Shown here: piece after piece, positions 19,901 through 26,984 of the stretch
How the letters are laid out: each line of letters opens with the position of its first letter
Position numbering within the stretch: the stretch's first letter is position 1
Notes under the pieces: model-generated
The model's input: the letters and a program-made list of their open reading frames with translations, nothing else
Databases searched by the model: none
Told to the model about the DNA's origin: nothing
Assembly: GCA_044226545.1 (NCBI GenBank)
Contig: JBGAGW010000009.1
Coordinates: 24,438 to 88,437 of the forward strand
From: Limisphaerales bacterium
Lineage (GTDB): Bacteria; Verrucomicrobiota; Verrucomicrobiia; Limisphaerales; SXQI01
Length of the DNA: 64,000 nt
Reading direction: 5' to 3'
Translations under genes and position numbers: made by a program

Positions 19901-20423
19901 CTTGAACGATGTAGGCGAACAAATCAAGGAACTGGCCTCCGAAGTGCACAAGATTTCCTATCGCTTGCATCCCGCCAAACTTGATCAACTCGGTCTCGTT
20001 GCGGCTTCGCGCAGTTTTTGCCGCGAACTCGAGCAACAAACCGGAATCAAAGTGGAGTTCGTTCACGCGGATGTCCCACGCAAACTCCCGGAAGATGTGG
20101 CGCTCTGCGTCTATAGGGTGATGCAGGAGGCCTTGCAAAATATGATCCGGCACAGCCGAAGTCCGGAAGCCAAGGTTCATCTGCAATTCCACGGCGGCGA
20201 TTTGAGCATGCTAATTTCGGATAACGGAAAAGGCTTCGATCTGGACGTTGTCCGGCGGAAGGGTGGCTTGGGCCTGATTAGCATGAATGAACGTGTGCGG
20301 CTGGTGAATGGCACGTTTAAAATCGAATCTGATGTCGGCTCCGGCACGCGGATTACCGTCAAGGTGCCTCTTGCGCTAAACCCGGCGCACCGGTTGGAAC
20401 GACAGCCGGATCTCGGCATTTAA
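16995..20423 (+). CDS. Sensor histidine kinase: beta-propeller repeats, Y_Y_Y, PAS, HisKA_3/HATPase
   Basis: DGYLWFGTFNGLVRFDG repeats; ERRRIARELHD; DNGKGF, GLGL..M.ER; start 16977 or 16995. Confidence 0.93.
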   Translation: MSAISGCPSWAGLLLFAVMLSFGHPYASERASLQTEWLTRTWEAEDGLPENSATAMAQTKDGYLWFGTFNGLVRFDGTKFKVFNPQNSPGLPSGGIVNLHLDRGGRLWVSTLEGIVVQEGNKWRNWGTKEQLVRTFTERPNGDLLLTMFDGAVFEFRDGKFERLPDPPGEKKFGYFGSVDDKGIWWVVQHGFVGHWSGSNWIRRISIPKMASSETGCAQARDGGLWLLLGKELRKYKDGAEVARFAVPEVAGSIWTLFEDRSGTIWISTADNGLFQVSPGAPVRNWTITSGLPAQGVRFVYEDRESNLWVGTSGGGLTRLRPKYFRSFGRDSGLSELVIHSVSAARGGGAWIGSYGKGLFRLRDGEIRNTPIVGARPASSFVQSVLEDRSGRLWVGTFGGGLYRLNHDKTDVFESDVTAGSNVIALYESPRGPIWVSGGSGVARFDGDKFIAFTERENAPRNIRCFVEDRKGSVWMSNGEEVFRFDEGTFRKVQENETAIRGVSCLKEGSEGTIWLGSLDRGLLAWREGALPALATVNVRDGFPLQNVFGIEADQQGCFWITSNRGIVRVLESQLLAVLSGKKSPVECQFFDLTDGLPTIQCASGFQPVVSAGQKGDIWIATVKGITGIDSASYHPKGRAPQTRIQELGYSTKDQASSRPGAVRVLEPFDTPVRIPAGSHGLEFRYSALNFSAPEKVRYQVKLGSVSNMGEWEDAENRTEMIYQSLVPGDYTFSVRAWTGDGITDETEATLAFTVLPFFWETSGFRMVAATMLVALGWLGARYRIRSAETLQQTEKRMALAADLAHLGMWQWEIPQDRVWLTRTTRETFQFPLDTVGAQAFLERIRSLDRERVNDAFEHAMSFGASHLTFRLRPPDGPTRWITASVLVDFDRHQKPIRMIGVCMDVTERRNAEESARELSGRLIHAQEDERRRIARELHDDLNQRLAVLSVEIALLRQANDAAEKREQRLNDVGEQIKELASEVHKISYRLHPAKLDQLGLVAASRSFCRELEQQTGIKVEFVHADVPRKLPEDVALCVYRVMQEALQNMIRHSRSPEAKVHLQFHGGDLSMLISDNGKGFDLDVVRRKGGLGLISMNERVRLVNGTFKIESDVGSGTRITVKVPLALNPAHRLERQPDLGI

Positions 20424-22318
20424 AAGGGACTTCCCACATTCGTCACTCCATAAAGGCGGAAGAAAGTACGCGAGTTGGTGCTGCTCGAGTTGGTGATGGT
20501 CAGTATATTTGAAGTCCCGTTATTTGTCGTTGTTTGCGTGGCAACGCTCCAGACGGTGTTTGTGCTGAGCAGATTCGTTGTGAATTGCAGATAAAGATTA
20601 GGGTAGCCTGCCGGCCACAAGATTGAAACGGAGTTGGTTTGTCGCGAAACCGAAAGACTGTTGAGAACGCTTGCTGGAATGTCGCGTACCGCGGTCTCGT
20701 ATGCGCCAATATCGCAAGCATCCAGGCGGTTTGTGCCGCGTTGATCCAGCGGCGGGCAAAAATCTGCCACACCGCGATTGATCGCCGGGCTGTTCGTGGC
20801 AATCGCCATCGTTTGTGTCGGTCCGCCATTGCTCGCCAGTCCGCTCAAAAGCGGATTGGTTAAGCGCAAGCTCGTGGTGCTCGTGAGCAATGGATTCAGG
20901 TCTGTGCTCAAATTTCCGCCACGATCGGTCACCGTTCCACCTACGGTCACCTTCGAATTGGCCAAAATGTTATTGGCGATAATTACGGTGCCACTGCTGC
21001 CATAGACCGCGCCGCCGCTCGTCGGTCCGGTATCGCCGTTGGCCCCATTGGAACTGATCCCACCTCCCGTTCCGCCTGCGCCTCCCGTCCCGCCGGTCGT
21101 CACATTGTCTGAGAAAGTGCAGTTCACAACCACGGCGTTTCCCGACAGGCTCTCGATGGCACCACCCAGGGCGCTTCCCCCTTCGCCACCATCGCCTCCA
21201 CTGCCACCGAATCCCGAGGTGCCTCCCGCGCCGCCCACACCGCCGTTGCCACCCTTCGCGGAATTAGAAAAGAATGTTGAATTCGTGACCCAAAGGTGCC
21301 CGCTGCTAAAGATCGCACCGCCCGAAGCGTCGCCCCCATCACGACCGGCCTGAGCGCTGCGGCTCAAAATCCCGGGATTGCCTGCGAGGCCATTTGCAGA
21401 GTTCGCATTGTTCCCGAAAAACGTCGAGCTGTTGACGCTTATGTCCGCGTTTTCTCCGGAAATTGCTCCGCCGACGCCTTCGCCGGGCTTCCCTGGGTCT
21501 CCCGGAAAACCGAGAAGACCAGTCCCAGTGCCTCCTGCGCCTGCGGCGGAGCCCGTGGCGTTGTTCGTTGTAAATGTGTTCGCGAAGACCGTCACGCTTC
21601 CTCCTCTCGAGTAGATCGCAGCGCCGCCGGCGGAACCGCCATCGCCACCTCGTCCCCCATTTCCACTGAAATTTCCTCCGGTGCCACCCGCTCCGCCGGT
21701 CCCGCCCGTCACGCTGTTGCCCACAAACACCACGTTTGAGAGAACGATCTGGCCCCCGTTGTTGTAAATTCCACCTCCCGCCGCATCTCCGCCAGACTCT
21801 CCATCTTCACTTCGATTCGTGCCCGCAAGGCCGGTGACGCCGACGACGCTGTTTGCCTCAAATCGCCCATCAAGAATCGTAACAATCCCGCCGTTGTTGT
21901 ACAGACCGCCGCCCGCCGTTTCCGCAATTCCGCCGTCGTTGAAATTCGTCTCTGTGTGGCGTCCGCTAAAAAAGTAAATATTCCGCAGGGTGACACGCAC
22001 TCCCTGTTTCACAATCATGATCCGCGTGAGGCTTTGGCCACTGAGCAGGACCGCTTGCGTGGCGATCAACGACAGATCGTGAGCGACTACGAGCGGTTCA
22101 CTCAGCTTGATGATGGGATTTGCCACATTCGTTCCGCAGTCCCCGAACTGGTAAATTCCACCCTGCCCAACCGCCGCTTGCAGAGCGCCCTCAGTGCAAA
22201 GGTTCAGCAGGTTGGTAGTTTGCGCGCCGGTGGTGACGCCCAAAAAAAGAAGAAGCAGCACGGCCCAATACCGTGAAATCGCTGGCCGATCTGTTGCAGG
22301 GATGATTTTCTCCGCCAT
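20420..22318 (-). CDS. Secreted Gly-rich beta-helix/choice-of-anchor-Q-like protein with C-terminal FFR domain
   Basis: GGAI/NSTF..N repeats; LASNGGPTQTMA..SPAI..DQRG..CDIGAYE; signal peptide after Met 22318. Confidence 0.85.
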   Translation of the reverse strand: MAEKIIPATDRPAISRYWAVLLLLFLGVTTGAQTTNLLNLCTEGALQAAVGQGGIYQFGDCGTNVANPIIKLSEPLVVAHDLSLIATQAVLLSGQSLTRIMIVKQGVRVTLRNIYFFSGRHTETNFNDGGIAETAGGGLYNNGGIVTILDGRFEANSVVGVTGLAGTNRSEDGESGGDAAGGGIYNNGGQIVLSNVVFVGNSVTGGTGGAGGTGGNFSGNGGRGGDGGSAGGAAIYSRGGSVTVFANTFTTNNATGSAAGAGGTGTGLLGFPGDPGKPGEGVGGAISGENADISVNSSTFFGNNANSANGLAGNPGILSRSAQAGRDGGDASGGAIFSSGHLWVTNSTFFSNSAKGGNGGVGGAGGTSGFGGSGGDGGEGGSALGGAIESLSGNAVVVNCTFSDNVTTGGTGGAGGTGGGISSNGANGDTGPTSGGAVYGSSGTVIIANNILANSKVTVGGTVTDRGGNLSTDLNPLLTSTTSLRLTNPLLSGLASNGGPTQTMAIATNSPAINRGVADFCPPLDQRGTNRLDACDIGAYETAVRDIPASVLNSLSVSRQTNSVSILWPAGYPNLYLQFTTNLLSTNTVWSVATQTTTNNGTSNILTITNSSSTNSRTFFRLYGVTNVGSPF

Positions 22319-22648
22319 GACAATCCCGCTATCCAACGTGAACTCGCATCGACTGTCAAACAAGCGGCGCGCAAAAAAGTTGCGCCATGTTGCGCAATCC
22401 CCGGACGCGCGGCGCGGAATCTCTTTGATTTCTTGTTCGCGCCTATCTGGAGCTAAACGCGACCAAGGAGGGCCGCTAGAAAGCAAGGAGCGTGCTCTTA
22501 TCAGTTATTCGTTCTTTCCGACTTTTCAGGCACGCCTCGGAGCAGAGTGGATTATCCAACTTTGTTACGATGCGCTCAGGGCGAGCCTTGCCCGATTCTC
22601 ATACCTGTTTCCGTTGTTCGGTGGGAGGGCGCAAGGCTAGTTTGACGC

Positions 22649-22747
22649 ATGAAGAAAGAAGCGCCTATGAACAATTGGAATGAGGCAGAATGGTTCGCGG
22701 AGTGGCTCAAGCTCGCGCGCAACGAAGGAAATTTGAAAGGCAATTAA
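22649..22747 (+). CDS. Small Trp-rich ORF (32 aa) coupled to the TPR gene
   Basis: MKKEAPMNNWNEAEWFAEWLKLARNEGNLKGN; TAA overlaps the AAGGAG SD of the next gene; promoter-like boxes upstream. Confidence 0.45.
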   Translation: MKKEAPMNNWNEAEWFAEWLKLARNEGNLKGN

Positions 22748-22756
22748 GGAGATCGC

Positions 22757-23305
22757 ATGAACCCTTTGACACAGGCAGAACGCTTCCAGATCGAGGCCGC
22801 GGAAGGCTGGTTGATGCTGGGAAATCCGCAGGAGGCACACGAAGAACTGGAGAAGATCCAGGGAGAAGCAGCCTATCACCCGACGGTTCTCTCGATGCGC
22901 TGGCAGGTTTACGCCGCAGCCGGTTGGTGGGAAGCGGCGTTTGTTGTGTCAAAGGCGTTATGCGAGTTGGCGCCGCAGTCGCCTGCCGCCTGGATTTGCC
23001 AGGCGAATACGATGCGCCATTACAAGGGTGTTGTCGAAGCCTGGGGCGTCTTACTAGGAGTGGTTAAGAAGTTTCCGGCCGACGCGGTCATGCGCTACAA
23101 CCTGGCTTGCTACGCTTCTCAGATGGGCTTGTTGGAAGAGTCATGTGGGTGGCTTGTGCAGGCCTTCGAGCTCGAGGAAAGCACTCAGCTTAAACTAGCC
23201 GCTGTTTACGACCCGGACCTGCAACCACTCTGGGAAAAAATTGGCCGCGATAAACTCTTCGAGGTAACAGGGCAGAGGGTGGAAGAACTGGCCGCCCCTA
23301 AATAG
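22757..23305 (+). CDS. TPR-like protein
   Basis: AAEGWLMLG, YNLACY, DPDL.PLW; AAGGAG RBS. Confidence 0.85.
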   Translation: MNPLTQAERFQIEAAEGWLMLGNPQEAHEELEKIQGEAAYHPTVLSMRWQVYAAAGWWEAAFVVSKALCELAPQSPAAWICQANTMRHYKGVVEAWGVLLGVVKKFPADAVMRYNLACYASQMGLLEESCGWLVQAFELEESTQLKLAAVYDPDLQPLWEKIGRDKLFEVTGQRVEELAAPK

Positions 23306-23395
23306 CCAAGAACTTGTGGTTCGGCGACGCGACGCGGAAGAGTCAAGGCACTCTTCCGCGTTGAGCTTTGGGCGCGTCTGCGTTTACATCCATAG

Positions 23396-24283
23396 ATGCT
23401 TTCGTTGGAATCGTTGCGGCAACTGGCCGATGCGCACCCGAGTGAGTTGAGCGCGCCGGTGCGCGCCGTTTCATTGAAGGGACAGTCATTTCCCTCATCC
23501 AGCCGCCCTGCATTGATGGGAGTCGTGAACCTCTCTACCGACTCGTGGTATCGCGAAAGTGTTTGCCTGACCACGGAAATGGCTGTTCAGCGCGCGTTTG
23601 TTCTACAGGAGCAGGGCGCGAATGTCGTCGACATCGGTGCAGAGTCCACGCTGGCTCACGCACAACGGGCGGACGAAGCGCTACTTCATTCAAAGCTCTT
23701 GCCGGTTCTGCAAGGTTTGCAGGGACTTCGCATTCCCATTTCCGTGGAAACCTACTCGACCCGCGTCGCTCGTCGATGTCTGGAAACGGGAGCAAGCATC
23801 ATCAACCTCACGGGAACGGAAGGCACAGACGATTTTTATCGGTTGGCGCGAGATTTTGATGGGGCGGTAATAATCTGCTTCGTCCAGGGCCGAAACGTCC
23901 GAGAGGTTGGAGACTTTGACCTCAGCCGGGACCCGGTCGAGTTCATGTATTCGTATTTCGCTCGCGAAGTCGAGCAGGCGGAAAAGGCGGGATTGCAAAA
24001 GGTATTTATTGATCCAGGACTCGGCTTTTACTACCGCAATTTGCAGGACAGCGCAGTGCGCGTCCGGCATCAAATGAACACCTTCCTCAATACTTTTCGC
24101 TTCCGAAAGCTTGGATATCCTGTTTGCCACGCGTTGCCGCACGCTTTCGAGTATTTCGGAGAAGAGGTTCGCTGCGCTGAACCGTTTTTTGCGGTGCTTG
24201 CCGCGCTTGGCAAAACGGACCTATTCCGCACACACGAAGTCGCTCGAGTGAAAGCAGTCCTCGATACGCTCGCGATCTATTGA
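23396..24283 (+). CDS. Divergent dihydropteroate-synthase-like pterin-binding enzyme
   Basis: MGVVNLSTDS, DIGAEST, DPGLGF, RTHEV; lacks the GxSRK motif. Confidence 0.85.
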   Translation: MLSLESLRQLADAHPSELSAPVRAVSLKGQSFPSSSRPALMGVVNLSTDSWYRESVCLTTEMAVQRAFVLQEQGANVVDIGAESTLAHAQRADEALLHSKLLPVLQGLQGLRIPISVETYSTRVARRCLETGASIINLTGTEGTDDFYRLARDFDGAVIICFVQGRNVREVGDFDLSRDPVEFMYSYFAREVEQAEKAGLQKVFIDPGLGFYYRNLQDSAVRVRHQMNTFLNTFRFRKLGYPVCHALPHAFEYFGEEVRCAEPFFAVLAALGKTDLFRTHEVARVKAVLDTLAIY

Positions 24284-25263
24284 GTTCGTTTACAAAGGAA
24301 TAATCCCTCGTAACCATCTGCGCCGATCCATGTTTCGAGAACGTTCAGACCAGCATCGGCTAAAAATGCGCGCGCATGGTCCACCGTGAAACGATGCGAA
24401 TAAAAGACTGAAAGTTCTTCGCCCGCTTTCAGTTTAATTTCGCGACTGTGGATGCGAACGACTCGATCATCTTTCAGACAGAAGACGGCTTCGATTCGCT
24501 TCAGTGTCGGCACAAAAGAAGGGCGAATCTCAACTCTGAGTTCGCCATCGATATCCGACAGACCAAGTTCCGACAACCCGCCCATTAGCCAGCGGCGCGT
24601 TGGTTCATTGTCATATTGCCGCACAACTTCGAGAAGCGATTGCTCGTAAGTTTCTGCCGGAACAAGATTGGCACTCAGGAGTAATTGATCCTGCGAACGA
24701 AGCGGATACAAAATGGATCGCAGAATTTCGGGCGGCCAGTAATTGTGAATCGTTCCAAGGAAAAGGAGCAGGCGTTCCGCACCTGAAGGATCGAATCCCT
24801 TCAGAATGGCCGGCATCACTGAGCAATGCGCCAGATCGCAGACGAGCGGAGTCGATTGAAGTCCCCGGAGCGCGGTTGTCGCCGTGCGCGACGCGGTGAG
24901 AACCATTTCGAAACTAATATCGGCGGGCGTATAAAGTGCCGCACGATCAGACCGGCGAATGCGCTCCAGACAGCGCACGTCTTTGGTTCCGTCACCGCAC
25001 GCCAGACTGACAAGGTGCGCCACGTTCCCTTGAATGTTTACCGCGGCACGACCAAACGCAGTGTCATACATATCGGCGCATTTTGAGTCTGTTTTCGCTG
25101 GCGAAAAAGCCTCATGGAGCGCAATCCACAGCCCTGTCTGGCGCAATCCGGAATAAAGCAAATGCGCGTGCACCCGCCGTTGCTCGAGTGCAAAAAGAAT
25201 TTGTTTTGTGAGAAATTCAGGCGAGGCACTTTCATGCACGGCAACGTTGGCGGTCCAATCCAT
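24277..25263 (-). CDS. EgtD-like (Methyltransf_33) SAM-dependent methyltransferase
   Basis: SLACGDGTKD SAM loop, YTPADIS, FLGTIHN. Confidence 0.75.
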   Translation of the reverse strand: MDWTANVAVHESASPEFLTKQILFALEQRRVHAHLLYSGLRQTGLWIALHEAFSPAKTDSKCADMYDTAFGRAAVNIQGNVAHLVSLACGDGTKDVRCLERIRRSDRAALYTPADISFEMVLTASRTATTALRGLQSTPLVCDLAHCSVMPAILKGFDPSGAERLLLFLGTIHNYWPPEILRSILYPLRSQDQLLLSANLVPAETYEQSLLEVVRQYDNEPTRRWLMGGLSELGLSDIDGELRVEIRPSFVPTLKRIEAVFCLKDDRVVRIHSREIKLKAGEELSVFYSHRFTVDHARAFLADAGLNVLETWIGADGYEGLFLCKRTQ

Positions 25264-25278
25264 TTAAACGGTCCTAAT

Positions 25279-25346
25279 CGTAATCTTGATCCTACTCCTA
25301 ATCCTGTATTCCGGCCGTATAAATTAGGATTAGGATCGAGATTACG
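25279..25346. repeat. Hexamer-based inverted repeat (TAATCC-like units)
   Basis: CGTAATCTTGATCCTACTCCTAAT vs ATTAGGATTAGGATCGAGATTACG, 22/24 complementary. Confidence 0.8.
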
Positions 25347-25376
25347 GTCAGGAGAGGGGCGGCGGAAAGCGAATTG

Positions 25377-26072
25377 CTACTTCGCGAGGCGATAAACGCA
25401 GTAGAGTTCCCTATCGACTAACTCGCGGCGCACCAACTTTGCCCGCAGCCCATCCGAAAGTGCGTTAATTCCAGCTCCATCCGCCATGGTCGGGGCTGTA
25501 CGTCCTCCGAAGATCACAGGACAAATTGTTACGTAGAGATCGTCGACCAATCGCTCTCTAAACACAGGCGCGTTGATCTCTCCTCCGCCTTCACAAAGCA
25601 GCCGTTTCACATCCCATTTTTCTCGCAGCCACTCCAGCGCAGCCCGGAAATGAATGGTTGCTCCCGGCGAAACAAAAACGTCATCCACCACGGTTGAAAG
25701 CCGCTTCAGGCGTGCGGATGGCGCAGCTTCCGTGGTGAGCAGCAAAATCGGCGAAAACCGTTTCTTGAAAATATGCGCTTGCGGATTGACCGACGCCGAA
25801 CCGCTCGCGATGACGCGCAAGTTGAACTCGGCGAGGCCGTTTTCGATCCGTTTCCGCTGATATTTCTTCCCCCCCGGGCCAAGGTCCACTTTTCCCAAAT
25901 CAACGGTCCTCGCGCCCGACATGACTGCGTCCGCGCGACTCCGCAGTTCCATCATCAGTTGCTGGTCGCGCTTGCTGCCAAACGGAACAAAGTGTCGGCT
26001 GTCGGGCGCCAGTTTACCGTCAGCCGTAATCGCAACGTTGACGGTCACGAAAGGGAGCTTTTCGCCGCTCAT
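25377..26072 (-). CDS. RibD C-terminal/DHFR-like reductase
   Basis: AITADGK, DAVMSGARTV, LLCEGGGEIN, LVDDLYVTICP; ATGA overlap with the M48 gene stop. Confidence 0.88.
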   Translation of the reverse strand: MSGEKLPFVTVNVAITADGKLAPDSRHFVPFGSKRDQQLMMELRSRADAVMSGARTVDLGKVDLGPGGKKYQRKRIENGLAEFNLRVIASGSASVNPQAHIFKKRFSPILLLTTEAAPSARLKRLSTVVDDVFVSPGATIHFRAALEWLREKWDVKRLLCEGGGEINAPVFRERLVDDLYVTICPVIFGGRTAPTMADGAGINALSDGLRAKLVRRELVDRELYCVYRLAK

Positions 26073-26887
26073 TTCGGCATCGGCTTCGAAATGACGCTGG
26101 ACTTCATCTCGGCGCGGACCTGCGGAAGCCATTCTTCAATCTGTTTGATCCGCACTTCATCGAGCGGATGCGTACTGAGGAAGCCGGGCGTTTTGCCCCC
26201 ACCATGTTCCTGATTGTAAGCGGCGAAACGCTTCCAGAAATTTAACGATTCGGCAGGGTCGTAACCCGCGCGCGCCATGTAAGTGAGGCCGATGCGATCT
26301 GCTGAAGATTCTTGTTTGCGGCTGTAGGGAAGCAGAACACCATATTGTGCAAGGGTCGGATAAGCGACCGAGACGAGAGATTGCGTCGTAGCACTGGCTC
26401 CAGCAGCGGCCGCGCCAATACCGACCAGTTGGCCCGCTGCTTGCATGGCGGTCGCCTGACTCATTCTTTCCGCACCATGATGCGCAGCGGCATGGGCAAC
26501 TTCGTGTCCCAACACGGTGGCTAGGCCCGCCTCGGTTTGGGTGATTGGAAGGATGCCGGTGTAAACGCCCACCTTTCCGCCCGGCAGACAAAATGCGTTC
26601 GCCTCTTTGCTGTCGAAAACGACGAACTCCCACTGCGCATCCGGCAAGTCATCTTTCGCCGAGGCCGCGATTTTTTTACCGACCCGCTGAACCATTTCGT
26701 TGATCTTCGGATCTTTGCTGATTGGTGTGCTTTGCTTCAGCTTATCGAATTCGGAGATGCCCAGTTGCGTTTCCTCTCCGGCTCCCATGAAGCTGAATTG
26801 CTTGCGGCCAGTCACAGGTTCTGTGGTGCAGCCTGCGATTAAAATGGTTGCGACAATCCCGACGGTGAAACCCCCATGTAATTTCAT
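26069..26887 (-). CDS. M48 family metallopeptidase lipoprotein
   Basis: NAFCLPGG, HEVAH, YSRKQESSAD, FLSTHP; lipobox IAG-C. Confidence 0.93.
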   Translation of the reverse strand: MKLHGGFTVGIVATILIAGCTTEPVTGRKQFSFMGAGEETQLGISEFDKLKQSTPISKDPKINEMVQRVGKKIAASAKDDLPDAQWEFVVFDSKEANAFCLPGGKVGVYTGILPITQTEAGLATVLGHEVAHAAAHHGAERMSQATAMQAAGQLVGIGAAAAGASATTQSLVSVAYPTLAQYGVLLPYSRKQESSADRIGLTYMARAGYDPAESLNFWKRFAAYNQEHGGGKTPGFLSTHPLDEVRIKQIEEWLPQVRAEMKSSVISKPMPK

Positions 26888-26984
26888 GCCGATTAAGTAG
26901 CATTTAAAACCGAAAGACTCAACTCTCCGCCGAGCAAAACAAAGCATTGCCGTAGAAGGCTGATTTTGTGGAGGATCGCGCGAG

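Noticed and set aside
20420-20423. Convergent genes sharing the TTAA stop palindrome
   Set aside because: A common compact arrangement with no sign of function.
24277-25263. Calling this egtD/ergothioneine synthesis
   Set aside because: Key EgtD substrate motifs and an egtB partner are not visible.
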